Shown: positions 27,678 through 37,253, numbered from the stretch's first letter. The stretch: DNA of 64,000 nt from an uncultured Nitrospiraceae bacterium (GCA_963811165.1 CAWEQH010000004.1:704001-768000), one strand, 5' to 3'. The notes: generated from the sequence alone by a model not told the origin. Numbers and translations are program-made.

Positions 27678-29366
27678 CTATTTCGGGTAACTTCCCACTT
27701 CATATATCTGGACCGCTTGGTCCCGCGAGACGTTTTTAAGCAGGCGCCGCCATGGCTGGTCAAAGGCGCCATATCTCTTTTTTTCATTTTCTCCCCAATA
27801 GAGATGGGTCGCCCCGATACTCTTTGCCAGGGAAGGCCAGTCCGGGTCCTCGCGAAATATCCTTTCAAGTTGATTTTCCCTGGCAGCACTGTCGATACCA
27901 TGGGACCAAAGATGTCCGGGATAACCGACTGCGACCCTCGCGCCCCAGAACATGGCCGGATGGTTCGGGTCGGGCGCGACAGCCAGCACCGAGCCCGCAG
28001 GCAGATCGGTAAGGGCGGCCTTCGCGTCCCATAATTCCGCCGCCCGATAGAGTTCGACCCCGGGGCTGTTGCCGGGGAGGGAAGAGACAACGGCTATCGT
28101 ACCGGGGAAGAAAGCAATTAAGCCCGTTAAGATGGCAGACAAGGGAGGCAGGTTGATTACCCACGTCCTCCAGGCTACCCATGCGATAAGGAGATATAAC
28201 CAAATCAAGACCTTGATATTGTCCCAGTCCCATGGGGCGAGCATAACAAAAGTAAATACGATAAAGAGAAGCAAAGACGTGACCGCTATCCATCGCAGCT
28301 TGGCGTATGACTTTCTAAAGACCAGGAAGAGCCCCACTGCCGCAAAGGCCAGCCAGGGACCAAGGTTTGTAAGCCAGAAACTGAATAGGTTTTCCTCTCC
28401 GGCGGTCCATCCCGGTTGTATGTGCAAGACCTTTGCCCTTGACAGACCCCCTGCAGAAAATACTGCAAAGACAAGACCGACCGCCACCGCAGGCATCAGG
28501 ATTTCAAGGAGAAGCCGCGGTTTTCTGTAAAGAACAATGAAGATGCCGAGTGCAAGCGAAATAATAAAAAAAGTATGCAGATGAAACCACGCAAGCGACG
28601 CCCAAAGCGCCGCGCACACGGCCTTCTGTACGCGATCCATGGTCCGCTCGCCAAGGAGTGTTTCGGTTATCATCTTTATGACGTACACGCCGGCCGGTAT
28701 CGCAAAGAGAAATCCCCTCTGGGTGATCCAGAGGGAGAGGAAAAAACTTTTCCACGCAAGCGCATCCTGAAAGTCGTGGATTACACCCGTCCCGAAGATC
28801 CTCCAGTTGGCCAGCCCTCCGTTTAAGAAAAAGGCCCCGACACCCCACCATCCCATCCATCGGTGAAGCATTGATACCGCAGCGATCGTCGCAGCCAACC
28901 CGGTCAGGAAGAGATGGCTGCCGGCGGGAACACCCAGGATGTCCCATAAGGCATTATAGATATCCATTCCCAGAGGATACCTGATGAGCTCCCCGGCGAA
29001 GCCCGGATTGTCCGGCCAGAAATGCGCGCCGCCGGCGATATAGCGTATGTATTGGATATGCATCGAGAGGTCCCCGAAATTATTCGCATGAAGGGTCCTT
29101 AATCCGTTTTGGGAGTAATAAAGAAGATAGAGAAAGTGCTCCAGTCCTGCAAAAAGAATGAACCCATATAATAAGGCGGGGACTAACTTGATATCCGGAA
29201 ACAGTCCCCTGTCTTCCTTGAACCTAAGCCAGACGGCGATACCGGCGGCAGCTCCCAACGCCAGGCTTACTGCGGCAATCGCGGTGTTGAGCCTCCCTGC
29301 CGCCAAACCCAGGACCATTGCACTAAAGGTGGAAACCGCTATATGTATCAAAAAAGCAAGCGCCAT
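27678..29366 (-). CDS. polytopic membrane protein, putative GT-C glycosyltransferase-like
   Basis: More than 10 TM segments, NFGDLSMH loop motif, WDWDNIK, GYPGHLWSHG. Confidence 0.7.
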   Translation of the reverse strand: MALAFLIHIAVSTFSAMVLGLAAGRLNTAIAAVSLALGAAAGIAVWLRFKEDRGLFPDIKLVPALLYGFILFAGLEHFLYLLYYSQNGLRTLHANNFGDLSMHIQYIRYIAGGAHFWPDNPGFAGELIRYPLGMDIYNALWDILGVPAGSHLFLTGLAATIAAVSMLHRWMGWWGVGAFFLNGGLANWRIFGTGVIHDFQDALAWKSFFLSLWITQRGFLFAIPAGVYVIKMITETLLGERTMDRVQKAVCAALWASLAWFHLHTFFIISLALGIFIVLYRKPRLLLEILMPAVAVGLVFAVFSAGGLSRAKVLHIQPGWTAGEENLFSFWLTNLGPWLAFAAVGLFLVFRKSYAKLRWIAVTSLLLFIVFTFVMLAPWDWDNIKVLIWLYLLIAWVAWRTWVINLPPLSAILTGLIAFFPGTIAVVSSLPGNSPGVELYRAAELWDAKAALTDLPAGSVLAVAPDPNHPAMFWGARVAVGYPGHLWSHGIDSAARENQLERIFREDPDWPSLAKSIGATHLYWGENEKKRYGAFDQPWRRLLKNVSRDQAVQIYEVGSYPK

Positions 29367-29368
29367 TT

Positions 29369-30892
29369 CTAGGTCCTCTTTTCCTCCGCCGTTACGGACG
29401 GTCCGAACCCCGGCAAGTCCATCCCCTGAAAAACGGTCTTCTTCAGATACACGATGACAGGTGTACGGGCGTCTCTGAGTTCTATTACGCGTCCGAAGTA
29501 AAGACCCTCGGTGTCTTTATCGTCGTGGGTGGCCTCGGCAAAGATCACATCCGCCTTCTCAGTGAAGGCCTTACTGGAATCTCCAAAGCCTGTATTGGGG
29601 AAACGGGAAAACAACCACGGAAGGGGCCAGGAATTGTTCAAGTTTATCTGCACGGTCATGTTTTGAGAATCGGGCGAAGACGCGATCTTCCTCCTTATTA
29701 TCTCCTCGATCTCTTTTAGGTCATTTTTCGTCTGGACATACACGTACGGCTCCGAAGGATCGGTATAATGAATGAAGTTCAATTTTATCGATGTCGCCGC
29801 CGATTGTATGACGATGACGGCGATAGCACACCAGGAAAGCCAATAGACCGTCTTGCCCCGCCGCTGAGTGAAAATGAATTCGATCCAAAGACCGGCCACG
29901 ATGACAAAGGGCCATAAGATGGTTATGATGCACCACGGCGTTTTATAGGGGATAAGGGAATAGACAAGCAAATTGACGGTCGCAAGTGCTGAGAAAAACC
30001 GCATCTTCCATGACTGTCCGAAAAGCCCTATGAATGCCCCAACCAGCCCCAGGGCAGCGGCCCATTCGTAACGTCCAAACAACGTGAGCCAATACGTAAA
30101 AGGCTTGTCATGTCCGGAACCGCCGACGCCGGTTTTAAGCCAGGGCATAAGTGCAGTAAAAAAGTCTGTCGCTCCTTGCCGGTGATGAAAGAATCCCGTG
30201 AATAACGCAAGCCAGATAAAAAAACATACGAAAGAGATCTTTAGAACCAAAGCTCTGTCTACGTCTTTTAAGGACAGAGACGGAGAAGGTCCTGCCTTGA
30301 GGTCCATCCATTTCATGACTCTGGGGGAAAAGCCGGACCATCCCCAGGCAAAAACGAGCGAAAAAAGCAAAATCACAAAGGTCTCTTTGAGCAAAATACA
30401 TCCGAGAAGGCCGGCAAAAGACCAGATAATCCCCTGTTTCCCGCGCTCCTCTTTTGTCCTTAAAAACCCTGTCACAAGGAGGACCTGAAAAAAGACGAAG
30501 GGTGACTCATGGATCGCCGAGCGACCGAAAAAGGAGATGCCGGGACTCAAGGCGAGCGCCGATGCAGCAAAAAAGGATGTGTAACGTCCCAGAAGATCGC
30601 GGTTCCTCAGTACCAGCCATACAGACAAGGTCGAAAAAAGGGCAGTTACCGCCCTGAAGGAGCCGATACCGAAGCCGAAGATCTTTTCTGAAATCTGCAG
30701 AAGGTAAAACAAGAGCGGTCCATGATAGTTATGAGGGTCGTAGATATAGAAACCGGTTGCCCAGATCTGATTGACAAAAAAACCGTTTCCAGCCTCGTCT
30801 GAGTGGGGGGGCTTAAGAGGCAGGTCCGTAAAACAAAGGACAAAAGAGACCAAGATGATCGACCAGCCGATTATTCTGTCTTTATCCTTCAT
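29369..30892 (-). CDS. PMT-like GT-C membrane protein (TIGR03663/Agl23-like)
   Basis: PPHSDEA first-loop acidic motif, YDPHNYHGP, KE, YKTPW, YVYVQT, WPLPW. Confidence 0.75.
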   Translation of the reverse strand: MKDKDRIIGWSIILVSFVLCFTDLPLKPPHSDEAGNGFFVNQIWATGFYIYDPHNYHGPLLFYLLQISEKIFGFGIGSFRAVTALFSTLSVWLVLRNRDLLGRYTSFFAASALALSPGISFFGRSAIHESPFVFFQVLLVTGFLRTKEERGKQGIIWSFAGLLGCILLKETFVILLFSLVFAWGWSGFSPRVMKWMDLKAGPSPSLSLKDVDRALVLKISFVCFFIWLALFTGFFHHRQGATDFFTALMPWLKTGVGGSGHDKPFTYWLTLFGRYEWAAALGLVGAFIGLFGQSWKMRFFSALATVNLLVYSLIPYKTPWCIITILWPFVIVAGLWIEFIFTQRRGKTVYWLSWCAIAVIVIQSAATSIKLNFIHYTDPSEPYVYVQTKNDLKEIEEIIRRKIASSPDSQNMTVQINLNNSWPLPWLFSRFPNTGFGDSSKAFTEKADVIFAEATHDDKDTEGLYFGRVIELRDARTPVIVYLKKTVFQGMDLPGFGPSVTAEEKRT

Positions 30893-31006
30893 CCTAAAAA
30901 ATTATAGCAGATTGCCGTCCAAATGGCTCCATAAGCGCTGCGTACCGGTATTGACAAGTGAGGGCAGGATTTCTTACATTATAGCGTCTGTTATTGGAGG
31001 GGTCGA

Positions 31007-32248
31007 TTGATGGGGAAGATCAGTTCAGACAATAATGGGACCTCAGGGATTGCGCCGGGTCTGTTGCGCCTGCCGCTTTCATGCGACGGGGTGAAGCGCC
31101 TCGTTCAAACCCTCTTCCTTAAGGACCGGTTCAGCCGGACCGACGTGATGCCATATGAGCAAGCGCAACGCGGAAGAATTCTTGCCACCATGCTCAGGAT
31201 CATTGTCGTTTCGGGAGTCGCCCTGTTTCTGGTAAATGTATATATACATGCATGGAACATAGCGATCGCCCTCCTTACGATGTCTTTTTTCTGTGTCCCC
31301 GCATTCTGGCTGAATTCCCGGGGCCACTACCTACTCTCCGCTTCGCTGACCTTGACAGTGATAGTATGTGTTGCCGACTACAACCTCTACGCTACCGGTG
31401 GGCTTCAGGATTCGGGCATGCTCGTGTATCCGCTCATCATTATTGTGGGCAGTCTCTTTTTCGGCAAGCGCGCCATACCCATACTGACTATCGCCTCTGT
31501 CGGGTCCCTGGCTGTGCTTGCGTATTTCGAAATAGAAGGGGCGTTTTCACCTGCCCCGGTCGTCACGGACGCGGGCTTTTGTCTTTCTGCGGGGGTGCTT
31601 CTGATGGCCTCAAGCGCGCTGGTTTGGGTAATACTGCATAACACGGAGAGGAATATTGCACATATCAAACGCGCGGAAGAGGAGCTCCTGAGGACCTACC
31701 ACCTTACCCTTGAAGGACTGGCCAAGGTTTTGGAATACCGCGACAGCGAAACCGAAGGGCACAGCCGGAGGGTGGTAGATCTAAGCGTGCGTTTGGCGCG
31801 GGAGATGGACTGTAGCGAAGAAGATATCGGGCATATCCAAAGGGGGGCGCTCATCCATGATATCGGCAAGATGGCGATCCCGGACCATATCCTGTCGAAG
31901 CCCGGTCCGCTCGATGACGTTGAAAAAAAGATAATGGAAAAGCATACAATATACGCCAGGGAGATGCTCGAACCTATCTCATTTCTCGGCCCGGCCTCTA
32001 TTATTTCATACTGTCATCACGAGAGGTGGGACGGGTGCGGATATCCCCAAGGCCTCAAGGGCGTCGAGATCCCGCTTCCTGCGAGACTTTTCACCGTTGT
32101 CGACCAATGGGACGCGCTCAGTTCGGAACGGCCTTACCGCAAGGCGTGGCCGAAGGAGAAGGTCATATCCTACCTGAGGGACAACTCAGGGAAATGTTTC
32201 GATCCCCGGATAGTCGAGGCGTTTCTGCGAATCGTGGGAGAGAGATAG
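31007..32248 (+). CDS. membrane-bound HD-GYP phosphodiesterase
   Basis: Six TM segments; RDSETEGHS, IHDIGK, HHERWDGCGYP, RPYRKAW. Confidence 0.92.
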   Translation: MMGKISSDNNGTSGIAPGLLRLPLSCDGVKRLVQTLFLKDRFSRTDVMPYEQAQRGRILATMLRIIVVSGVALFLVNVYIHAWNIAIALLTMSFFCVPAFWLNSRGHYLLSASLTLTVIVCVADYNLYATGGLQDSGMLVYPLIIIVGSLFFGKRAIPILTIASVGSLAVLAYFEIEGAFSPAPVVTDAGFCLSAGVLLMASSALVWVILHNTERNIAHIKRAEEELLRTYHLTLEGLAKVLEYRDSETEGHSRRVVDLSVRLAREMDCSEEDIGHIQRGALIHDIGKMAIPDHILSKPGPLDDVEKKIMEKHTIYAREMLEPISFLGPASIISYCHHERWDGCGYPQGLKGVEIPLPARLFTVVDQWDALSSERPYRKAWPKEKVISYLRDNSGKCFDPRIVEAFLRIVGER

Positions 32249-32583
32249 TTCAGGAGACTATCCGACCGTCTTTCCTGGCTATCCCGCTTACTTTGTCTCC
32301 CGCTTTCCCTTTGACTGCAACAACGCAAATTTCCCACACGACCAATAACTCATCTCAAAAATTCTCAAATAACAGATGGGCAAAGCCCGGCCAGACTTAG
32401 ACTACAAAGGGGGGTCTTGCTGTTTCCCCTGATCGGCAAGCGATATCCTAATTTAGGAAGATTTGAAGGCTGCATGACCATTATTTCCCTTATAATACTA
32501 GCTGGAACGATTTTTGCGAGATAGTTATACGGAGAAACTACCCCTTCTTGTGGGGTAAATCAAAAACGCAGGAGGACGCATCG

Positions 32584-33309
32584 ATGAAAAAGATATTACT
32601 CATAGTGGCAGCACTCGCCATGGTAATGGGCATTGCGGGTGAGGGCATGGCAGGTGTTAATGTGAACGTCGGAATAGATCTGCCCCCTCTGCAATTCAGA
32701 ACTGCACCCGATGTAGTGGTTGTCCCGAGCGGGGACGCAGATATCTACATGGTGCCGGGTACGCCCGGACTCTATTTCTACGGCGGATACTGGTATCGCG
32801 TTAATGAAGATCGCTGGTTCAGGTCCCGTGCGTATAACGGCAGATGGGTATATGTGAGGCCTGAGATAGTCCCCGGGGTCGTTGTAGATATATCGCCGGA
32901 ATACTCTCTTTACCTGCCGCCGGACTATATGCGGATCAGATTTGGCGATTTCAGAAGGCACTGGAGATCCTGGGACCGCGACAGGCACTGGAACAGGTAT
33001 GATTGGTATAGGAACGAAAGAAGGGAAGACATCAGGCGCGAGAGGATGTCACATATGGAAAGGGAACGCGGGGCGGGCGGGATGCGCCATGATAGATTGC
33101 GTCATGAAGACCGCCGTCCGGAAATGGGGCATGATAGAGTGCGTCGCGAAGACCGCCGTCCCGAGATGAACCGCGACAGGAGACTCCAGGCGCAACCCAG
33201 GGAACAGGAAAGGGAACGCAGGAAGCCTGAGCCGGACAGGAACCGCAATGATAGAGGGGGTTCCAAGGACTATAATAAGATGATTCATCCGGATAAGGGA
33301 GACAGATAG
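32584..33309 (+). CDS. exported hypothetical protein with aromatic-rich core and Arg/Asp/Glu low-complexity tail
   Basis: RBS GGAGG, signal peptide, YFYGGYWYR, W-rich region; two tandem 42-bp repeats (HDRxRxEDRRPEM) at ~33088-33170. Confidence 0.82.
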   Translation: MKKILLIVAALAMVMGIAGEGMAGVNVNVGIDLPPLQFRTAPDVVVVPSGDADIYMVPGTPGLYFYGGYWYRVNEDRWFRSRAYNGRWVYVRPEIVPGVVVDISPEYSLYLPPDYMRIRFGDFRRHWRSWDRDRHWNRYDWYRNERREDIRRERMSHMERERGAGGMRHDRLRHEDRRPEMGHDRVRREDRRPEMNRDRRLQAQPREQERERRKPEPDRNRNDRGGSKDYNKMIHPDKGDR

Positions 33310-33332
33310 CAAGTAGCTGTAAAGGGATGCGG

Positions 33333-33366
33333 AAAAGGCGGGGGTCAACCACCCCCGCCTTTTTTT
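33333..33366. terminator. bidirectional rho-independent terminator
   Basis: AAAAGGCGGGGGT-caacc-ACCCCCGCCTTTTTTT between convergent genes. Confidence 0.9.
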
Positions 33367-33371
33367 GATCG

Positions 33372-33860
33372 TTACTTTAGAGGCTCCTTAGATAACACAA
33401 TGTCATCGATCCACACGGTGCCCTTGCCATTGATGATGAGGTTCAGGGTCACCTTATCCGACCTCTGCCCTTTTTGGAAAAAAAACGGGGTCTGGATTAC
33501 CTTCCAATCGGTCTTTTGGCTTACGACGTCATTCATACCACGCGAGAAGTACTGACCACCCCCGACATGGACCCACATTTCCAAGTAGGCTGTGCCGTCG
33601 AGATTGCTCTTTACTTTGGCCTTATAGACTAACTTTGAGTTCTCTACATTCAGGCCGGCGACTTCGCCCATGCAGATTGTGGTTGGCCATTTGGTTGTGA
33701 TCTTGATCGAGCCTTTGCCTTCTGCTTTTACTTGGGTGTCAGTCTGGATGGTCGTACCGATGGTTGTCGCGTCATCCAAAGTCAGCTTCTTCAGATCTTC
33801 GCAATACGCTGCGTTAGCAACGAGTGCCAGCATGGCCAAAACAGACAAGATTATTTTCAT
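33372..33860 (-). CDS. exported hypothetical beta-sandwich protein (last cassette of array 3)
   Basis: RBS GGAGG + ATG 33860, signal peptide, AYLEMW, GTVWIDDI. Confidence 0.82.
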   Translation of the reverse strand: MKIILSVLAMLALVANAAYCEDLKKLTLDDATTIGTTIQTDTQVKAEGKGSIKITTKWPTTICMGEVAGLNVENSKLVYKAKVKSNLDGTAYLEMWVHVGGGQYFSRGMNDVVSQKTDWKVIQTPFFFQKGQRSDKVTLNLIINGKGTVWIDDIVLSKEPLK

Positions 33861-33877
33861 GTTGCCTCCTTTATTGT

Positions 33878-34000
33878 GCAGAACGCGGCTGTCACGCGTC
33901 CGGTGCAGCGACAAGTTAAGCGCCCCCGCGCGACGTGGCGCAGTCCTAACGGATAAGGCTCAACGACGCCGTAACCGTTCAATATAGCCGAGGGTTAGAC
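33878..34000 (-). repeat. attC site (long, imperfect)
   Basis: Inverse core GTCTAAC overlaps the stop codon and matches the cassette-start GTTAGGC; CGGCTAT/ACAGCCG arms; distal core GTTCTGC. Confidence 0.7.
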
Positions 34001-34537
34001 ACCATTTGGAATTTTGGATGCCATCAATTTTTTTCGGGATAGTTTGCGCCCATCTACGATAAATGTACCGTCACCGACGGCGTGAACAGTTCGCTTCTCT
34101 TTGCGCGAGGTGTCAAAGTATGCCGCCACGGCTTCGAGAACGACTATGTTGTGTCTTTTGACGATGTCGACGACCTTACACTCGATATTAGCCAGGCATT
34201 CTTTTATCAATGGCGCTTTGACTTTTTTACCTTTCACGGGAGTCAGCTTGAATTTGGCAAATTTGTCCGTATCGGCACCGGAGCATGTTCCTATTCCAAC
34301 TACTTTATCAAGCATGTCAACTGTAGGAATTGAAATAACACACTCCTTTGTTTTCCGAAGAGCAGCGAAGGAATAATTCCACTCTCCAGTGGTTATGGCA
34401 AAGACCGGCGTGAAATCCAAAACCATTGTCCACGAGATCGTCATGATGTTGTCCTTCTTTCCGTCATTCGTTGTAACAAGGACAACAGGCCCCGATTCCA
34501 TCAATGTAAAGGCTTTACTAATTTTCAATTTATTCAT
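33995..34537 (-). CDS. flavin reductase-like FMN-binding protein (cassette)
   Basis: GPVVLVTT, NIMTISW, GTCSG..DKF, APLIKECLANIEC. Confidence 0.9.
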   Translation of the reverse strand: MNKLKISKAFTLMESGPVVLVTTNDGKKDNIMTISWTMVLDFTPVFAITTGEWNYSFAALRKTKECVISIPTVDMLDKVVGIGTCSGADTDKFAKFKLTPVKGKKVKAPLIKECLANIECKVVDIVKRHNIVVLEAVAAYFDTSRKEKRTVHAVGDGTFIVDGRKLSRKKLMASKIPNGV

Positions 34538-34563
34538 GCGAGCACCACCTTATATGCCTTCTC

Positions 34564-34623
34564 GCCTAACGCGCCGGTCACGCGCCGTCCTTTGGCGCGT
34601 CGCTGTGGACCGGCAGGTTGGTA
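34564..34623 (-). repeat. attC site (60 bp)
   Basis: Plus strand GCCTAAC-gcgCCGGTC.ACGCGCC..GGCGCGT..GACCGGcag-GTTGGTA. Confidence 0.9.
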
Positions 34624-34675
34624 ACCACAGCATCTTAGTCATCATTAAAAAATGACCGCCGAATGCCAAGGACAG

Positions 34676-35368
34676 TCACAGGCCGACTACTTCTGCATTT
34701 TGATCAGCAATTTCTAGTTGTGTTGCAAATTGCGGCAATATCCGTTTCAGATCAACCAGAGTAACAGAAGACTTTTTGAAGTTGTAGTACTCGCAGACTT
34801 TATCAAACCTGTTACCATATCTATTTTCAAATTCTTTCGACAACTTATTGTTTCTGCTTAGCACACTTGAAAGAGCCCTTCCACCTTGAAAAAATTTCAG
34901 CGGGTGCTGCGTGCCTATCACATAGAGATACTTCTCTTTTTTTGTCTCATATTCGGCCATCATATAAAAGTCCTTAAAAAGCGAATTCTGGCGTATTGAT
35001 TCGGGACCACCCTTCCACGTAATGAATTTAAATTCTGCTATCCGTCTGTCTGTCTCCAAATCAAAAGCCCGCCCCGTATTACCGGCACCAAGTGATAATG
35101 ATTCAACTACCTCTCCGTCTTGCAGTATGTGCGGTAGCGACAAAAGAATTCCGACTGCGTGAATTAGAACATTGACTTGTCCGGCAGCTTGCTTCATAAA
35201 CAGGGCAGCCTCCAGCAAAGGGCTCTGAATATCGCCAGATGAAAAGAATGATATGCAATCATTCCGATTTTTGAGGTGAAAACTTGCTTCAAGATCAGAT
35301 ATACGCGTTGCGAGCGAACCTTGTTCAAAGTTCTGAATTAAAGTAGCTGCTTCAATTAATGAAGTCAC
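34676..35368 (-). CDS. hypothetical protein with PD-(D/E)xK-like nuclease motif (cassette)
   Basis: RBS GAGGTG + GTG 35368; FDLETDRRIAEFK; low GC. Confidence 0.7.
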   Translation of the reverse strand: MTSLIEAATLIQNFEQGSLATRISDLEASFHLKNRNDCISFFSSGDIQSPLLEAALFMKQAAGQVNVLIHAVGILLSLPHILQDGEVVESLSLGAGNTGRAFDLETDRRIAEFKFITWKGGPESIRQNSLFKDFYMMAEYETKKEKYLYVIGTQHPLKFFQGGRALSSVLSRNNKLSKEFENRYGNRFDKVCEYYNFKKSSVTLVDLKRILPQFATQLEIADQNAEVVGL

Positions 35369-35384
35369 TTGGCACCTCTTCAAA

Positions 35385-35462
35385 AACCAACGTTTTGGCT
35401 AACCGGCGCGCGAAAGGAGGCGAAGCCGACTGAAGCGCGTCCGGTTGAGCCGCGTGTTAGGC
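35385..35462 (-). repeat. attC site (78 bp)
   Basis: Plus strand AACCAAC..GGCT.AACCGG.CGCGC...GCGCGTCCGGTTGAGCC..GTTAGGC with extrahelical bases; inverse core GGCCTAAC matches GTTAGGCC at 35868. Confidence 0.92.
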
Positions 35463-35490
35463 CCGACCGTGTTAGATGTCGGGCCTGAGC

Positions 35491-35835
35491 TTACTCTTGC
35501 CTGACTATATCGACCGAGATCTCCACCGCCGGAATCGTTCCTCTGTTCTCAAGCCAGTGTGTGGTGTTCCTATCCTCGGGCCAGCCCACTCCCGGCCCAT
35601 AGTCCGTAGCGACTCCATTTCGATGGTCAGTGATCGTTCCTTGCAGTATGTAGACGGTGCCTGGTCTGTCTTTATGGTCGTGAATCGGGCCGAAGACGCC
35701 TCCAGGCTCGATGGTCACCATACGCATTCGAAGTTGGCGCCCTGCCATGCCCTCGATCTCAGGGCCAAGGTCAACCGTTGCAAGTAACTTCACCGTAACA
35801 CCTTTCGTCTCAGGTGCCACCTGTTCGTTGCTCAT
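35491..35835 (-). CDS. cupin-domain protein (first cassette of array 3)
   Basis: TIEPGG...HDHKDRPG..YILQG...E...THWLENRG. Confidence 0.88.
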   Translation of the reverse strand: MSNEQVAPETKGVTVKLLATVDLGPEIEGMAGRQLRMRMVTIEPGGVFGPIHDHKDRPGTVYILQGTITDHRNGVATDYGPGVGWPEDRNTTHWLENRGTIPAVEISVDIVRQE

Positions 35836-35861
35836 CGTGCTCTCCTCTCTGTACTTCCAGG

Positions 35862-35900
35862 GCCTAACTAGTTATTAGCCAGTTACAGGACTATAGCAGA
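35862..35900 (-). other. attI site of the integron
   Basis: GTTAGGC core between the first cassette and the divergent intI remnant. Confidence 0.7.
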
Positions 35901-36014
35901 AAGTTTCAGTCCGGTCGATAGCTATTGAAGGCAATGTTGACATATCGAAAGAATATAATTATACGTTTCAAATGACTAATACGCTATTTGCAATGTTAGT
36001 CATATTCAAATTCC

Positions 36015-36224
36015 ATTCAACCTATATCAAGTGATATTTTGACTCCATTCGAGTCCGTCCTGAAAAAAAAGGCAGTACCTGATTCCCGCCACGCGGATTA
36101 TATGCAACAACCGCATGGCATCCACGTGCTTCTCGGTCACAGCGATGTAAGGACAACGATGATCTATACCCATTGCGTTCCGAGCAGGACCGTAAAAGAG
36201 GCCAAGAGTCCTCTGGATTTCTGA
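36015..36224 (+). pseudogene. intI: integron integrase remnant (large internal deletion)
   Basis: C-terminal box II LLGHSDVRTTMIYTH...KSPLDF fused in frame to ~30 upstream codons (IQPISSDILTPFESVLKKKAVP...Y); divergent from the attC array. Confidence 0.85.
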
Positions 36225-36501
36225 GAAGGCCTTTTTTTTGCGCAGGCTACCGCCGTTTATTGCAGCCCTCCACTGCTGCGGCAATATCGATTGACTGAAA
36301 ATCCCCTTTTCTTCTGAGACCCGCATTTCTGATAAGGCAAGCGTGAAAGAGGGAACAGGCCCCCGATCCGCTCAAATCATTGTAAAGCAGTGAGTAGTGA
36401 GAAGTAAATAGTCAAAAAAGATGTGAAAGGTGAATCGTGCATTGTAACAGGACAGACATACGACATAATGTCTTTTGATGGTATTATTTGTGTTCTTTTG
36501 T

Positions 36502-36697
36502 CCCCTTCGAAAATTTAGGTTTGCGACCGAGGCCGAAGGTGAAAGATTTTAGGCTGTCTGAACCCGCAGCGGGTGAGTTCCTAAAATCTACTGAGGCTGA
36601 ACGAGCAGACCGTGAATAATTTTCGTCGGGGCGGATTCTTTACGTTAGCTTGCTTGGGCGAGCAAGAAAGGTAACTGGGGTGCGGGGCAACGCCCCG
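36502..36697 (+). repeat. structured ~200-nt non-coding element, copy A
   Basis: Nested stems CCCCTTCGAAAATT/AATTTTCGTCGGGG and AGATTTTAG/CTAAAATCT, then GTTA..TAAC hairpin and CGGGGCAACGCCCCG. Confidence 0.8.
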
Positions 36698-36794
36698 TCT
36701 CTTTATCTTTTATTTGGAAATTTAAAATAAAGTCTAAATCAACAGATGCGGAGCTTCTTTCTTACCAGCAGGCGACACTCCGCACCCGGGAAAA

Positions 36795-36994
36795 GGGGCT
36801 CCGCCCCTTATACCCCGGGCGCTTTTCATTAATGCGAATGAAAAGTGCCCAAAAGCACGCACCCCACGGAAAATCCTTTTCGCTTTGCTCGGTCGGTCCG
36901 GCTAAATTTTAGAAACTCGCCCCGAAGCGGGACTCAGACAGTCTAAAATTTCTTACGCCGGCCCTCGGTCGCAAATCGGGATTTTCCAAAGGGG
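36795..36994 (-). repeat. structured ~200-nt non-coding element, copy B (inverted)
   Basis: Reverse complement shows CCCCTTTGGAAAATCC/GGATTTTCCGTGGGG, AAATTTTAGACTGTCTGAG..GAGTTTCTAAAATTT, GGGGCGGAGCCCC. Confidence 0.8.
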
Positions 36995-37044
36995 CCCCCT
37001 TTGAAACAAACACATTTATAAACCGTGGCTGCATTTCAGTAGTT

Positions 37045-37246
37045 CCCCTTCGAAAATTTAGGCGAGCACGGTTGCCCGGAGGGTTAAGCATTTTCCCATG
37101 TTCGAGCACCGATGTTAGGGGCGAGTTGGAAAATGTACCGAGGACAACCGGCGCAGCCGTTAAGAATTTTCGTTGGGGTGCACTTCTTTCGGTTACATTT
37201 CTTGGAGCAAGCAAGAAAGGTAACTGGGGTTCGGGGCAAAGCCCCG
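37045..37246 (+). repeat. structured ~200-nt non-coding element, copy C
   Basis: CCCCTTCGAAAATT/AATTTTCGTTGGGG, CATTTTCC..TGTTCGAG..GAGTTGGAAAATG, GCAAGAAAGGTAACTGGGG, CGGGGCAAAGCCCCG. Confidence 0.8.
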
Positions 37247-37253
37247 GTGAAAA

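Noticed and set aside
27440..28090. 216-aa minus-strand ORF ending in HWIPTFAGMT
   Set aside because: Alternate frame of the membrane gene running into the REP/MITE repeat; the peptide is translated repeat DNA
36502..37246. CRISPR array or attC cluster interpretation of the repeats
   Set aside because: Units are ~200 nt, alternate in orientation, have no short repeat-spacer periodicity and lack RYYYAAC/GTTRRRY ends
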